64,000 nt of DNA from Myxococcota bacterium (GTDB lineage: Bacteria; Myxococcota_A; UBA9160; PR03). A program made the translations under genes and the position numbers. Each line of letters begins with the position of its first letter. The stretch's first letter is position 1. A model generated the notes under the pieces. It was not told where the DNA came from. It made no database searches and saw nothing but the letters and a program-made list of their open reading frames with translations. The DNA lies in assembly GCA_041611735.1 (NCBI GenBank), contig JBFIML010000019.1, positions 1,863-65,862 on the forward strand, in the 5' to 3' direction. Shown here one piece after another: positions 35,611 through 49,351 of the stretch.

Positions 35611-37218
35611 GTGCGCGTGCGCTTCACGTGGGCCTTCCATGCCCGGGAGGTGCGCATCGAGACCGACGCCGGCGAGGGGCCGGTGCCGGCCTTTCCGGAG
35701 ACCTTCTCCTTCCATACCGAACGGCACGACCCGACCGAGCTCGCGCTCCAGCTGGAGGACCTGTGGACGAATCCGCGCCGGCTGGCGCCGCGCGCGGCGG
35801 GGCGCGACGCCGAGGACCTCGTCCGGCGTCTGCTGGCGGCGTTGCCGGGCTACGTGGAGCGCGTGCTGGACCGCCTGGAAGGCGCCGGCCGCCTGCGCGA
35901 CGCGACCCGGTTCCGGATCCTGGGCGACGCGCTCGTGCTGCTGCGCGTGGTGCGTCGCTTCGGGATCGAGAAGGGCCTCGAGGAGCATCCCGACACCCGC
36001 TTCGCCGCCCTGCACCTCCGGAAGCTCCTGTGGCGGACGGTCCGGGACCTGCTCCTGGCCCGCTTGTCGCCGGATGCGTTGGTGCAGGGTCTGAGCGAGT
36101 GGCGGTCGGAAATTCCGGCTGCCCGGGACGTGACCGACACGACGCTGGTCCGCGCCCTCGCGGAGCCGGAAAGCGACTCCCTCCTCCGGCTGCTGACCTC
36201 CGTTGCCGAGGATGCCTTCCACCGCTGGCTCGAGGACGTGTGCCTGGACGAATCGAATGGCGCCTTCGAGGGCGAGGATTCCCCGTTCGAGGACCGTGAG
36301 ACGGAGATCCTGCAGGCGGTGGCAGTTCCGGCCGGAGCCCCGATCCAGCGCGGCCGGGACCTCTCGCCCTTGCTGCGACGAAGCGGTAATCGCGACTGCG
36401 CCCGCGTGCTGGGCAAGCTCGAGGTCTGGTTCCTGCGCCAGTACGACATCCACCACGCGGCGGCGGTGATCCGCCACGCGGCGGAGCTGGCGCGTGGCCG
36501 CGAAGATGCGGACCGCGTCCTCTCGCGCCACACCACGCGGAACTACCTGCTGGCGATCGCGGCGCTCCTGGCACCCTTCCTGGGGGCAGCCTTCGCCTAC
36601 CCGCGGGCCCCGCTCTTCTTCGACCTGCTGTGTTCCCTGGAGATCGTGGCGGTGTTCGGCGCTGCGCTCTGGTTCCTGCTCTACCAGTTCTGCTGGCGCA
36701 AGGATCTCACCTACTTCCATGCGGGGGTGCCCCGCATCGGAGCCGGGATCGTGGTGGGCTACCTGCCCGTCTTCCTGATCGACGAGGTGTGGGATCTGGC
36801 CCGCCGGCCCTGGTTCCCCCTCATGCTGGTGGTGCTGCTGCTTGGCTTCACCACGCTCCTCTATCTCTACACCGAGGTGCAACGGCGCATCGGGGACCCG
36901 CGCGAAGCATTTGCCCGGGCCCGCCGCATCTTCCTGCTCGGCGTGGTGCAAGCGCTGGCGCTCGGGCTCCTGGTCACGAGCCTGCTCGGCCGCTTCATGG
37001 TGGCCCGCTCCTGGGACCCGGGGGCGTCTCCCACGGCGTCGCTGGAGTGGCTGCGCAGCGTGACGCCGCCCCTGGTGGGCGAGCTGCCCCGCATCGTGGG
37101 CGTGGAGCCGATCCTCGCCTTCCCGACGGCAGTGCTGCTCATGACCTTCCTGTCCTTCTTCATTGGCACCTTCCTGCAGCTCATGTGGGAGGACCTGCCC
37201 ATCACGGAGCCGCTCTAG
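35611..37218 (+). CDS. hypothetical protein: ~330-aa soluble N-domain + 6 TMs
   Basis: The long in-frame ORF is 35287..37218, and only the part after the upstream stop at 35552 is free. GTG 35611/35617 are candidate starts, so the start is uncertain. I recognise no family. Confidence 0.6.
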   Translation: MRVRFTWAFHAREVRIETDAGEGPVPAFPETFSFHTERHDPTELALQLEDLWTNPRRLAPRAAGRDAEDLVRRLLAALPGYVERVLDRLEGAGRLRDATRFRILGDALVLLRVVRRFGIEKGLEEHPDTRFAALHLRKLLWRTVRDLLLARLSPDALVQGLSEWRSEIPAARDVTDTTLVRALAEPESDSLLRLLTSVAEDAFHRWLEDVCLDESNGAFEGEDSPFEDRETEILQAVAVPAGAPIQRGRDLSPLLRRSGNRDCARVLGKLEVWFLRQYDIHHAAAVIRHAAELARGREDADRVLSRHTTRNYLLAIAALLAPFLGAAFAYPRAPLFFDLLCSLEIVAVFGAALWFLLYQFCWRKDLTYFHAGVPRIGAGIVVGYLPVFLIDEVWDLARRPWFPLMLVVLLLGFTTLLYLYTEVQRRIGDPREAFARARRIFLLGVVQALALGLLVTSLLGRFMVARSWDPGASPTASLEWLRSVTPPLVGELPRIVGVEPILAFPTAVLLMTFLSFFIGTFLQLMWEDLPITEPL

Positions 37219-37276
37219 GCGCCACCCTCTGGCGGCGCCGGCATCCAAGTGGGTACCCTTGCCAGCGGAGGTTCCG

Positions 37277-38482
37277 ATGTCCGAGATCGTGATCTACGCC
37301 AAGGACGGCTGCCCCTACTGCGACATGGCCAAGCGCCTGCTGGCCTCCAAGGGGCAGCGCTGGACGGAGATCGACGTGGAGACCGACGCCGCGCGCCGGC
37401 GCGAGATGGTGGAGCGCAGCGGCCAGCGCACGGTGCCGCAGATCTTCATCGGGGGGCGGCACGTGGGCGGCTTCGACGAGCTGAAAGCGCTCGAGGACTC
37501 CGGAGAGCTCGACGCGCTGCTCGGCATCGAGCGCCGCCGGCGGGACGCTCCCGGCGAGCGTGCCCGGCTCGTGATCGTCGGCGGTGGGCCAGCTGGCTAC
37601 ACGGCGGCCCTGTACGCCGCACGGGCCGAGCTCGCCCCCGTGGTCGTGGCGGGTCTGCAGGCCGGCGGACAGCTCATGCTGACCACCGACGTGGAGAACT
37701 ACCCGGGCTTCCCGGAAGCCGTGACCGGGCCCGAGCTGATGGAGCGCTTCCAGAAGCAGGCCGAGCGTTTCGGAGCCCGGGTCCTGCTCGAGGACGCCAC
37801 GAAGATCGATCTCTCCGCACGTCCATTTCGGGTGGAGACGGAGGGGCGCATGCTGGCCGCCGAGGCCCTGATCCTGGCCACGGGGGCGTCCGCGAAGTGG
37901 CTCGGGCTCCCTTCCGAGCAGCGGCTGCAGAACCGGGGCGTCTCCGCCTGCGCCACCTGCGACGGCGCCCTCTACCGCGGCAAGCCCATGGCCGTGGTCG
38001 GAGGCGGGGACACCGCGATGGAGGAGGCGCTCTTCCTGACCCGCTATGCCACCCGGGTCACCGTGATCCACCGGCGGCGCGAGCTGCGCGCATCGCGCAT
38101 CATGCAGGAGCGGGCCCTCGGCAACCCGAAGATCGAGTTCGTCTGGGACGCGGAGGTGGACGAGGTGCTGGGCGACGAGTTCGTGACCGGGGTGCGGGTG
38201 CGCGACGTAACCACCGGGGAGAAGCGGGAGCTTGCGGTGGAAGCGCTGTTCATCGCGATCGGGCACGAGCCCAACACGAGTCTCGTTGCGGGCCAGCTCG
38301 AGCTCGATCCGGTCGGGTACGTGAAGGCCGAGCCGGGCAGCACGCGCACCTCCGTGGAAGGGGTGTTCGCCTGCGGCGACGCCATCGACCCGACCTACCG
38401 CCAGGCGGTGACCGCCGCCGGGACCGGTTGCATGGCGGCCATCGACGCGGAACGCTGGCTGGCGGCCCAGGGCATCGAGTGA
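37277..38482 (+). CDS. trxB: glutaredoxin (GrxC-type) fused to low-Mr NADPH thioredoxin reductase
   Basis: N-terminus: 'IVIYAKDGCPYCDMAKRLL...TVPQIFIGGRHVGGFDEL'. Then 'VIVGGGPAGYTAALYAAR', redox 'CATCDG', 'VVGGGDTAMEEA', 'HRRRELRAS' and 'GVFACGD'. It is a single uninterrupted ORF. Confidence 0.9.
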   Translation: MSEIVIYAKDGCPYCDMAKRLLASKGQRWTEIDVETDAARRREMVERSGQRTVPQIFIGGRHVGGFDELKALEDSGELDALLGIERRRRDAPGERARLVIVGGGPAGYTAALYAARAELAPVVVAGLQAGGQLMLTTDVENYPGFPEAVTGPELMERFQKQAERFGARVLLEDATKIDLSARPFRVETEGRMLAAEALILATGASAKWLGLPSEQRLQNRGVSACATCDGALYRGKPMAVVGGGDTAMEEALFLTRYATRVTVIHRRRELRASRIMQERALGNPKIEFVWDAEVDEVLGDEFVTGVRVRDVTTGEKRELAVEALFIAIGHEPNTSLVAGQLELDPVGYVKAEPGSTRTSVEGVFACGDAIDPTYRQAVTAAGTGCMAAIDAERWLAAQGIE

Positions 38483-38522
38483 CGGCAGGCGGGACTGCTG
38501 GGGAGGCGCCGCTCTCGTTGCC

Positions 38523-39611
38523 ATGGCGCTGACGAAGGAGCGTCTCGAACGGCTCATCGCCCAGTCCACGGACATCGTGGTGGCCACGGACCGCAAGGGC
38601 ATCGTCGTCTACTACAACGATGGCGCCCGCAAGATCCTCGGCTACCAGTCACGCGAGATCCTGGGCCGTTTCGTCGGTCAGCTCTACCCGGAGCTGGCGG
38701 AGGCGAAACGGGTGATGGCCGCCATGCGCGACCCGGGGCACGGCGGGGCGGGCATCTGCGAGACCTTCCAGACCGCCTTCCTCTCCAAGACGGGCGAGCG
38801 GATCCCGGTGGCCATCTCCGGCACCTTGCTCTACGACGAGGCCGGCCGCGAGGACGGCACGATCGGCTTCGCCAAGGATCTGCGCGAGATCCTGCGCAAG
38901 GATCAGCTCGCCACCCTGGGCGAGATCGCCGTGGGTCTCTCCCACGAGATCAACAACCCGCTGGCGGTGATCGTGAACCAGGCCGAGCTGCTGGAACGCG
39001 ACTTGCAGCGGCTGGCCGGGGAGGCGGATGCCTCGGTCGAATTCGAGCGCCTCGATGCGGTCCGTCGCGAGGTGGCACGCATCGCGGAGATCCTCGAGCG
39101 CCTGGGACAGCTGGTTCGCGACGAACGCTACGAGACGGTGGAGTACATCGGTCCGGCCAAGATGATCGACCTGCGGCGCCGGGAGCGGGCGCGGCCTCCC
39201 GATCTGCGCATGAAGGGCCTGCGCATCCTGCTGGTAGACGACGACATGGGGATCTGCAGCACGCTCTCCGAGATGCTCGAGGCGGAAGGCTGCGTGGTGG
39301 AGACCGCCTCGGACGGAGAAGAGGCGCTACGTCGCCTGGAGACCCGGCCCGTGGACGTGGTGCTCACCGACGTGGTCATGCCCAACATGGACGGGCACGA
39401 GCTGTTCGTGAACCTGCGCAAGCGCCACCCGACCCTCCCGGTGCTGATGATGACGGCTTTCCACTACGACAAGGACCACATCATCAAGCGCAGCCGCCTG
39501 GAGGGGCTGGAGGGCGTCATCTTCAAGAAGCCGGTCGATCCGGAGCGCCTGCGGCAGGTGCTGCTGGAGGTGACGGGGCGGGCCGGCGCGCCGGATGCCT
39601 CGCGCCCCTAG
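38523..39611 (+). CDS. PAS + HisKA + REC protein with no HATPase_c domain
   Basis: PAS 'DIVVATDRKGIVVYYNDGARKILGY'; H-box 'GLSHEINNPLAVI'; only about 30 aa before REC 'ILLVDDDMG...VVLTDVVMPNMDG...KKP'. Confidence 0.85.
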   Translation: MALTKERLERLIAQSTDIVVATDRKGIVVYYNDGARKILGYQSREILGRFVGQLYPELAEAKRVMAAMRDPGHGGAGICETFQTAFLSKTGERIPVAISGTLLYDEAGREDGTIGFAKDLREILRKDQLATLGEIAVGLSHEINNPLAVIVNQAELLERDLQRLAGEADASVEFERLDAVRREVARIAEILERLGQLVRDERYETVEYIGPAKMIDLRRRERARPPDLRMKGLRILLVDDDMGICSTLSEMLEAEGCVVETASDGEEALRRLETRPVDVVLTDVVMPNMDGHELFVNLRKRHPTLPVLMMTAFHYDKDHIIKRSRLEGLEGVIFKKPVDPERLRQVLLEVTGRAGAPDASRP

Positions 39612-40339
39612 GGTCCGCCCGGGGTCCGTGCCACGCACACGGCCACCACCCGCCCGGCTCCCGCCCGCTCCAGGGCCCGGGCTGCCGCGGCGAGCGTCGC
39701 GCCCGTCGTGACCACGTCGTCCACCAGACCGACGCAGGCCCGCCCGGCCAGGCGGCGCCTGGCCCGGAAGGCGCCGGCCACGTTGCGCTCGCGGGCGCGG
39801 CGGTCGAGCCCCGTCTGGCTCGGCGTGTCGCGCCGGCGTCCGATCAGCGTCGGGTCCCAGGGCAGGCCGCAGGCGCGGGCCAGGACGCGGCACAGCTCTC
39901 CCGCCGGGTGGAAGCCCCGCGCACGCAGTCGCCGCGGATGGATGGGGACCGGAACCAGCAGGGTCGGGCCCGGCGGCGGCAGGCGCCGGGCCGCCTCGGC
40001 CGCGAGCCAGCCCACCACCGCCGCCGGCCGCGGGTCCAGGCCCGCCAGGCCCGGGCGGCCGTACTTGAAACGCCGGACCCAGGCGGCCGCCTCCCCGGCG
40101 AACGCCACCTCCGCCACGCAGGCGCCGAGGCCGCCGGAGCGCGACGCGCAGGCCACGCACCGCAGGCCCCCCGGCCCGGCCGGCGCGGCCTGGCAGCGCA
40201 CGCACGCGTCGCGGGGAAGCCGCGGCAGTCGCACGGCGCAGGCCGCGCACAGGACCTGCGGTGGCGTGACGCCACACCCGCACCCCGCGCACGCAGGAGG
40301 CAGCACGAGGTCGAGCAGGCCGCGCAGCAGCCCGCGCAC
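39608..40339 (-). CDS. comF: ComF family protein (phosphoribosyltransferase domain, N-terminal Cys-rich zinc ribbon)
   Basis: 'LVLPPACAGCG...LCAACAVRL...CVRC', then 'GLVDDVVTTGATLAAAARAL'. GTG at 40339. Confidence 0.8.
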   Translation of the reverse strand: MRGLLRGLLDLVLPPACAGCGCGVTPPQVLCAACAVRLPRLPRDACVRCQAAPAGPGGLRCVACASRSGGLGACVAEVAFAGEAAAWVRRFKYGRPGLAGLDPRPAAVVGWLAAEAARRLPPPGPTLLVPVPIHPRRLRARGFHPAGELCRVLARACGLPWDPTLIGRRRDTPSQTGLDRRARERNVAGAFRARRRLAGRACVGLVDDVVTTGATLAAAARALERAGAGRVVAVCVARTPGGP

Positions 40340-40374
40340 GCGAGTGCCTCCACGGGACCGGGGCGAGGCGGGCC

Positions 40375-41904
40375 TCAGGCGAGCAGCGAGCGGCCGGTCA
40401 TGGCCTCCGGCACCGGGAGGTGCAGGAGGTCCAGCAGGGTCGGGGCCACGTCCGAGAGCCCCCCGTCCCGCAGGGACCGGGCGCCGGGATCGGCCACGAT
40501 CCAGTGCAGCGGCACGGGGTTCGTGGTGTGGGCGGTGTGCGGCTTGCCGGTCTGCGGGTCCACCATCTGCTCGCAGTTTCCGTGGTCGGCGGTCACCAGC
40601 AGCGTTCCGCCCAGGTCGAGCACCTTTTCCACGACGCGATCCAGACACGCGTCGACCGTCTCCAGCGCCTTCACGGTGGCCGGAAGGATGCCCGTGTGTC
40701 CCACCATGTCCGGGTTGGCGTAGTTCACGAGCACGAAGCGGTAGACCCGCTCGTCGAGGCGCCGCAGCAGCTCCTCGGTGACCTCGCGGGCGCTCATCTC
40801 GGGCTTGTGGTCGTAGGTGGGCACCTCGCGGGGCGAAGGGATCAGCATGCGGTCCTCGCCCTCGAAGGGCTCCTCGCGCCCGCAGTTGAAGAAGTAGGTC
40901 ACGTGAGCGTACTTCTCGGTCTCGGCGATGCGGAGCTGGCGCAGCCCCGCCCGTGAGATCAGCTCCCCGAGGATGTGACGCGGCGACTCGGGAGGGAAGG
41001 CCACCGGGAGTCCGAACTGCTGGTCGTACTCCGTAAAGGTCACGAAGCCCGCGAGACCCGGCACGCTCCGCCGCTCGAGCCGTCCTTCGAAGCGCTCGGC
41101 GCAGCGCCCCGTGAGCGCCGCCGTGAGCTGGCGCGCCCGGTCGGCGCGGAAGTTGAAGAACACCACGCCGTCCCCGTCGGTGAGGGCGCGGCCGCCGGCC
41201 ACGACGGTCGGCTGCACGAACTCGTCGCCCTCGTCCCGCTCGTAGGCGCGACGCACGGCGCCGAGCGCATCCGGGGCCTCGAGCCCCTGGCGCAACACGA
41301 TGGCGTCGTAGGCGCGTTGGGTGCGTTCCCAGCGGTTGTCGCGGTCCATGGCGTAGTAGCGGCCCGAGACCGTGGCCACCTGTCCGCCGGCGGCCTCCAG
41401 GTGGGGCAGCAGTCGCTCCAGGTAGTCGAGGGCCGAGCGGGGCGGCGTGTCGCGCCCGTCCAGGAAGGCGTGCACCAGGGGGCGCAGCCCGTGCTGGCGA
41501 CAGGAGTCGAGCAGACCCAGCAGGTGGTCGAGATGGCTGTGCACGCCCCCGTCCGAGACGAGCCCCATCAGGTGGAGGGTTCCTCCAGCGGCGGCCACGG
41601 CCCTCTGGAGCTCCCGGAGCGGCGGGTTCTCCGCCAGGGCTCCCGAGGCGACCGCCTTGCTGATGCGCAGCAGATCCTGATCGATCCTGCGGCCTGCGCC
41701 CATCGTCATGTGCCCGACCTCGGAGTTCCCCATCTGGCCGGCGGGTAGCCCCACCGCCTCGCCGGAGGCATCGAGACGCGACGAGGGATACTGGCTGCGC
41801 GCGCGCTCGAAGAAGGGGGTGCTGGCTTGGGCCACGGCGTCGCCGGGACCGCCGGGCCCCACGCCGAAGCCATCGAGCACGACCAGCACGATGGGACGGG
41901 TCAC
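40375..41904 (-). CDS. gpmI: 2,3-bisphosphoglycerate-independent phosphoglycerate mutase
   Basis: 'VLVVLDGFG', 'GNSEVGHMTMGAGR', 'LMGLVSDGGVHSH', 'VTADHGNCE'. GTG at 41904 overlaps the rsfS stop (GTGA). The ATG at 41958 is an alternative. Confidence 0.95.
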   Translation of the reverse strand: MTRPIVLVVLDGFGVGPGGPGDAVAQASTPFFERARSQYPSSRLDASGEAVGLPAGQMGNSEVGHMTMGAGRRIDQDLLRISKAVASGALAENPPLRELQRAVAAAGGTLHLMGLVSDGGVHSHLDHLLGLLDSCRQHGLRPLVHAFLDGRDTPPRSALDYLERLLPHLEAAGGQVATVSGRYYAMDRDNRWERTQRAYDAIVLRQGLEAPDALGAVRRAYERDEGDEFVQPTVVAGGRALTDGDGVVFFNFRADRARQLTAALTGRCAERFEGRLERRSVPGLAGFVTFTEYDQQFGLPVAFPPESPRHILGELISRAGLRQLRIAETEKYAHVTYFFNCGREEPFEGEDRMLIPSPREVPTYDHKPEMSAREVTEELLRRLDERVYRFVLVNYANPDMVGHTGILPATVKALETVDACLDRVVEKVLDLGGTLLVTADHGNCEQMVDPQTGKPHTAHTTNPVPLHWIVADPGARSLRDGGLSDVAPTLLDLLHLPVPEAMTGRSLLA

Positions 41905-42266
41905 CGGGCCGTCCGCTGCGCGGAGCTCGCGAACTCGAGCGTCACGGCGTCGCTCCACAGCCGTTCCAGGTCGTAGTAGGAGCGCGCGTCCGGATGGAGC
42001 ACGTGCACGATCACGTCCGCAAGGTCCACGAGCACCCAGCGTCCCTCCGCGTACCCTTCGATCCCGAGGGGCTTCTCCCCGGCCCGCATCACCGCCTGCT
42101 CGATGGCGTCCACGATGGCCCGGACCTGGCGGTCCGAGCGTCCCGTGGCGATCACGAAGGTGTCCGCGAACGAGGCGAGCTCGCGCACGTCCAGGGCGAT
42201 CACGTCCTCCGCCTGCCGTCCGCGGGCGGTTTCCACCACGAGCTGGGTCTTCTCGAGGCTCGTCAT
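41901..42266 (-). CDS. rsfS: ribosome silencing factor RsfS
   Basis: 'EDVIALDVRELASFADTFVIATGRSDRQVRAIVDAI...WVLVDLADVIVHVLHPDARSYYDLERLW'. Confidence 0.9.
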   Translation of the reverse strand: MTSLEKTQLVVETARGRQAEDVIALDVRELASFADTFVIATGRSDRQVRAIVDAIEQAVMRAGEKPLGIEGYAEGRWVLVDLADVIVHVLHPDARSYYDLERLWSDAVTLEFASSAQRTAR

Positions 42267-42946
42267 GTCCCGGGGCCGTAGATCCCGCTGGCTTGCACCG
42301 CCCGCCGCACCGGGTCCGGGAGCAGGTAGCGCACCGAGCGTCCCTCGCGCAGACGTTGCCGAACGTCCGATGCGGAGATTTCGAGCGACGCGATCTCCAC
42401 CAGGCGGATCCAGGTCTCGGCGCCCCGACGCCGGCCGCTGCGACCGCCCGGATCCAGCTCGAAGTCTCCCGCCAGGCCCTCCGGGAGCCAGGCCGCCAGG
42501 CTTCCCGAGCGCACCGGCGGACGCGTCATCACGGCGAAGTGCGCCAGCCCGAACAGGCTCTTGGGCTCGCGCCAGGTGTCGATCTCCGCAAAGGCGTCGC
42601 AGCCGATGACGAAGACCGGTCGCTGCGGGGCAAGACGCGCCTCGAGCTCCCGCAGGGTGTCCAAGGAGTAGGAGGGGCCAGGCCGCTCCACCTCGATCGA
42701 ATCCACCTCGAAGCGCGGGTTGTCGGCCACCGCGAGGCGGACCCATTCGAGCCGGGCCTCGGCGGACGCGATCCGTTCGGGCCGGTCGGTGGCCTTGTGG
42801 GGAGGCTGCGCGCTCGGCACGAAGATCATGCGCTCGAGGCCGAGCGCCTCGAGCACTTCCTCGGCGGCGCGCAGGTGGCCCAGGTGGATCGGATTGAACG
42901 TGCCGCCGAAGACGCCGGCGCCCGACGCAGCCTGGCCCGGGCTCAT
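42263..42946 (-). CDS. nadD: nicotinate-nucleotide adenylyltransferase
   Basis: 'GVFGGTFNPIHLGHLRAAEEV...PPHK...ISASDVRQRL'. It has 4-nt overlaps at both ends. Confidence 0.9.
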   Translation of the reverse strand: MSPGQAASGAGVFGGTFNPIHLGHLRAAEEVLEALGLERMIFVPSAQPPHKATDRPERIASAEARLEWVRLAVADNPRFEVDSIEVERPGPSYSLDTLRELEARLAPQRPVFVIGCDAFAEIDTWREPKSLFGLAHFAVMTRPPVRSGSLAAWLPEGLAGDFELDPGGRSGRRRGAETWIRLVEIASLEISASDVRQRLREGRSVRYLLPDPVRRAVQASGIYGPGT

Positions 42947-44199
42947 TCGCGGAGTTGACCGTCCCCGTACAGGACGAACTTGAGGGTGGTGAGGCCCTCG
43001 AGTCCCATGGGTCCGTACGCGTGCAGCCTGGAAGTGGAAATGCCGATCTCGGCCCCCAGCCCGAGACGCTGGCCGTCCGCGAAGGCCGTGGAGCAGTTCA
43101 CCCCGACGGTCGAGGAGTTCACGCGCCGCAGGAACTCCTGTGCGTTGTGGTAGTCCCGGGTCACGATCACTTCCGTGTGGTCCGTTCCGTACTCGCGGAT
43201 GTGCGCGATCGCGGCGTCGAGGTCGTCCACCACGCGCACGGCCAGGATCGGCCCGACGTACTCGGTGCGCCAGTCGAGCTCCGTAGCCGGCTGCGCCTCG
43301 CCGAAGACCTCCCGGGTGCGATCGCAGCCACGCACCTCGACGCCCTCCTCGTGGAGCAGCTTCAGCACGTCCGGGAGCAGGGTGCGAGCCACGTCGCCAT
43401 GGACCAGAAGCGTTTCGAGCCCGTTGCAGACCGCCATCTGGCGGATCTTCGAGTCGTGCACGATGGCTCGGGCCATGCCGGGATCCGCGCTGGCGTCGAG
43501 GAAGACGTGGCACACGCCCGCGTCGTGCTTGAGCACCGGGATGCGGGAGTTCTCCGTCACGAGTCGGATCAGGCCCGGCCCGCCGCGCGGAATGATGAGG
43601 TCCACGTATTCCTCGGCGCGCAGCAGGTGGTCGATGGCGCCGCGGTCGGTGCGCGGCACGATTCCGATCGCATCCTCCGGGACTCCGACGTCGCGGGCCG
43701 CCGCACGCAGCGCGTCGGCCAGCGCCAGGTTGGAGCGGATCGCTTCCGAGCCGCCGCGCAGGATCACGGCATTTCCGGCCTTGACGCACAGCGCGGCGGC
43801 GTCCACCGTCACGTTGGGCCGGGACTCGTAGATGATCCCGATCACACCGAGCGGGATGCGCATGCGCCCGACCCGGAGCCCGTTGGGGCGCACCCACATG
43901 CGCGTGACCTCGCCCACCGGGTCCGGGAGCGCCGCGATCTCGCGCAGGCCTCCCAGCATGTGGGCCCAGCGGTCCTCGGAGAGGGCGAGGCGGCCCAGCA
44001 GCGGGCCGGTCACGCCCTTGGTCTCCGCCTCACGCACGTCCTCGATGTTGGCGGCGAGGATCGCCGGGCGCGCCTGCTCGAGACGCTCCGCCGCACGCAG
44101 CAGCCAGGCGTCCTTGGTCCCGCTGGCAAGCTCCGAGGCGATCCGGGAGGCCGCGCGCGCGCGACGCGCCAGGTCGAGGATCTGGGCTTCGAGGTTCAT
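42943..44199 (-). CDS. proA: glutamate-5-semialdehyde dehydrogenase
   Basis: 'GVIGIIYESRPNVTVDAAALCVKAGNAVILRGGSEA', 'VCNGLETLLVH', 'HTEVIVT'. Confidence 0.95.
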   Translation of the reverse strand: MNLEAQILDLARRARAASRIASELASGTKDAWLLRAAERLEQARPAILAANIEDVREAETKGVTGPLLGRLALSEDRWAHMLGGLREIAALPDPVGEVTRMWVRPNGLRVGRMRIPLGVIGIIYESRPNVTVDAAALCVKAGNAVILRGGSEAIRSNLALADALRAAARDVGVPEDAIGIVPRTDRGAIDHLLRAEEYVDLIIPRGGPGLIRLVTENSRIPVLKHDAGVCHVFLDASADPGMARAIVHDSKIRQMAVCNGLETLLVHGDVARTLLPDVLKLLHEEGVEVRGCDRTREVFGEAQPATELDWRTEYVGPILAVRVVDDLDAAIAHIREYGTDHTEVIVTRDYHNAQEFLRRVNSSTVGVNCSTAFADGQRLGLGAEIGISTSRLHAYGPMGLEGLTTLKFVLYGDGQLRE

Positions 44200-44222
44200 G
44201 CGGCTCCGTCTTGCGGCTCGGC

Positions 44223-48836
<4,614 letters not shown>

Positions 48837-49351
48837 GCGTCGTCCTCGCCGGCGGGAGCCCGACGCGGGCAGGCGGCCCGCGCTCCCTCGGCGCTGGCGA
48901 GTCGGTCGATCCGCAGACGTCGCAGCCCGCTCCCGGCGGGCGGGACGGCGATTGCGGGGCGCAGAGAGGTGGGGCCGGAGGCGCTAGGGCCTGCCGGGCG
49001 GACGGAGTTCGCCTTGGGTCCCGAACTTCGTTCCGAAGCGCTCGACTCGCATTGAAGAGAACCTGTTGCTTTGCACGGCCCCGACCTCGCTCGTCTGCCG
49101 CACCCCGGGGCGCCCCGCCTCCGTCCGGTGCGGCCTCGGGCGGGGCCCCCGCGACACCAGCCTCAGTGCCGGCGAGGAGCCCTTCCGGGACCGTTCGTAA
49201 AACCCGACAGACGATCCTCGATCCGCTGTCCCGGGTCAACCCGGCCGCCTCCGGAGCGGCCTTCCCTCGGGGATGGCTGCGGCTGAAGCGCCCGTCCCGG
49301 GCGGCCCTCCGGACTCGGTGATACGGTCCCCGGCGAGGAACCCCCGCCCCC

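Noticed and set aside
39844-40353. A Cys-rich 169-aa minus ORF ('MEALACAGCCAACSTSCC...') considered as a RiPP precursor or metallothionein-like peptide.
   Set aside because: It is the +1 frame of the ComF zinc-ribbon/PRTase gene, whose own frame carries the recognisable motifs. The Cys richness comes from GC-rich TGC codons read off-frame.
48960-49110. A possible tRNA-Sec (selC) next to selA, prompted by a minus-strand 'CTTCAA' at about 49033-49040.
   Set aside because: The flanks do not form an anticodon stem. There is no GTTCRANYC T-loop and no 8-bp acceptor pairing on either strand. I recognised no tRNA anywhere in the window.
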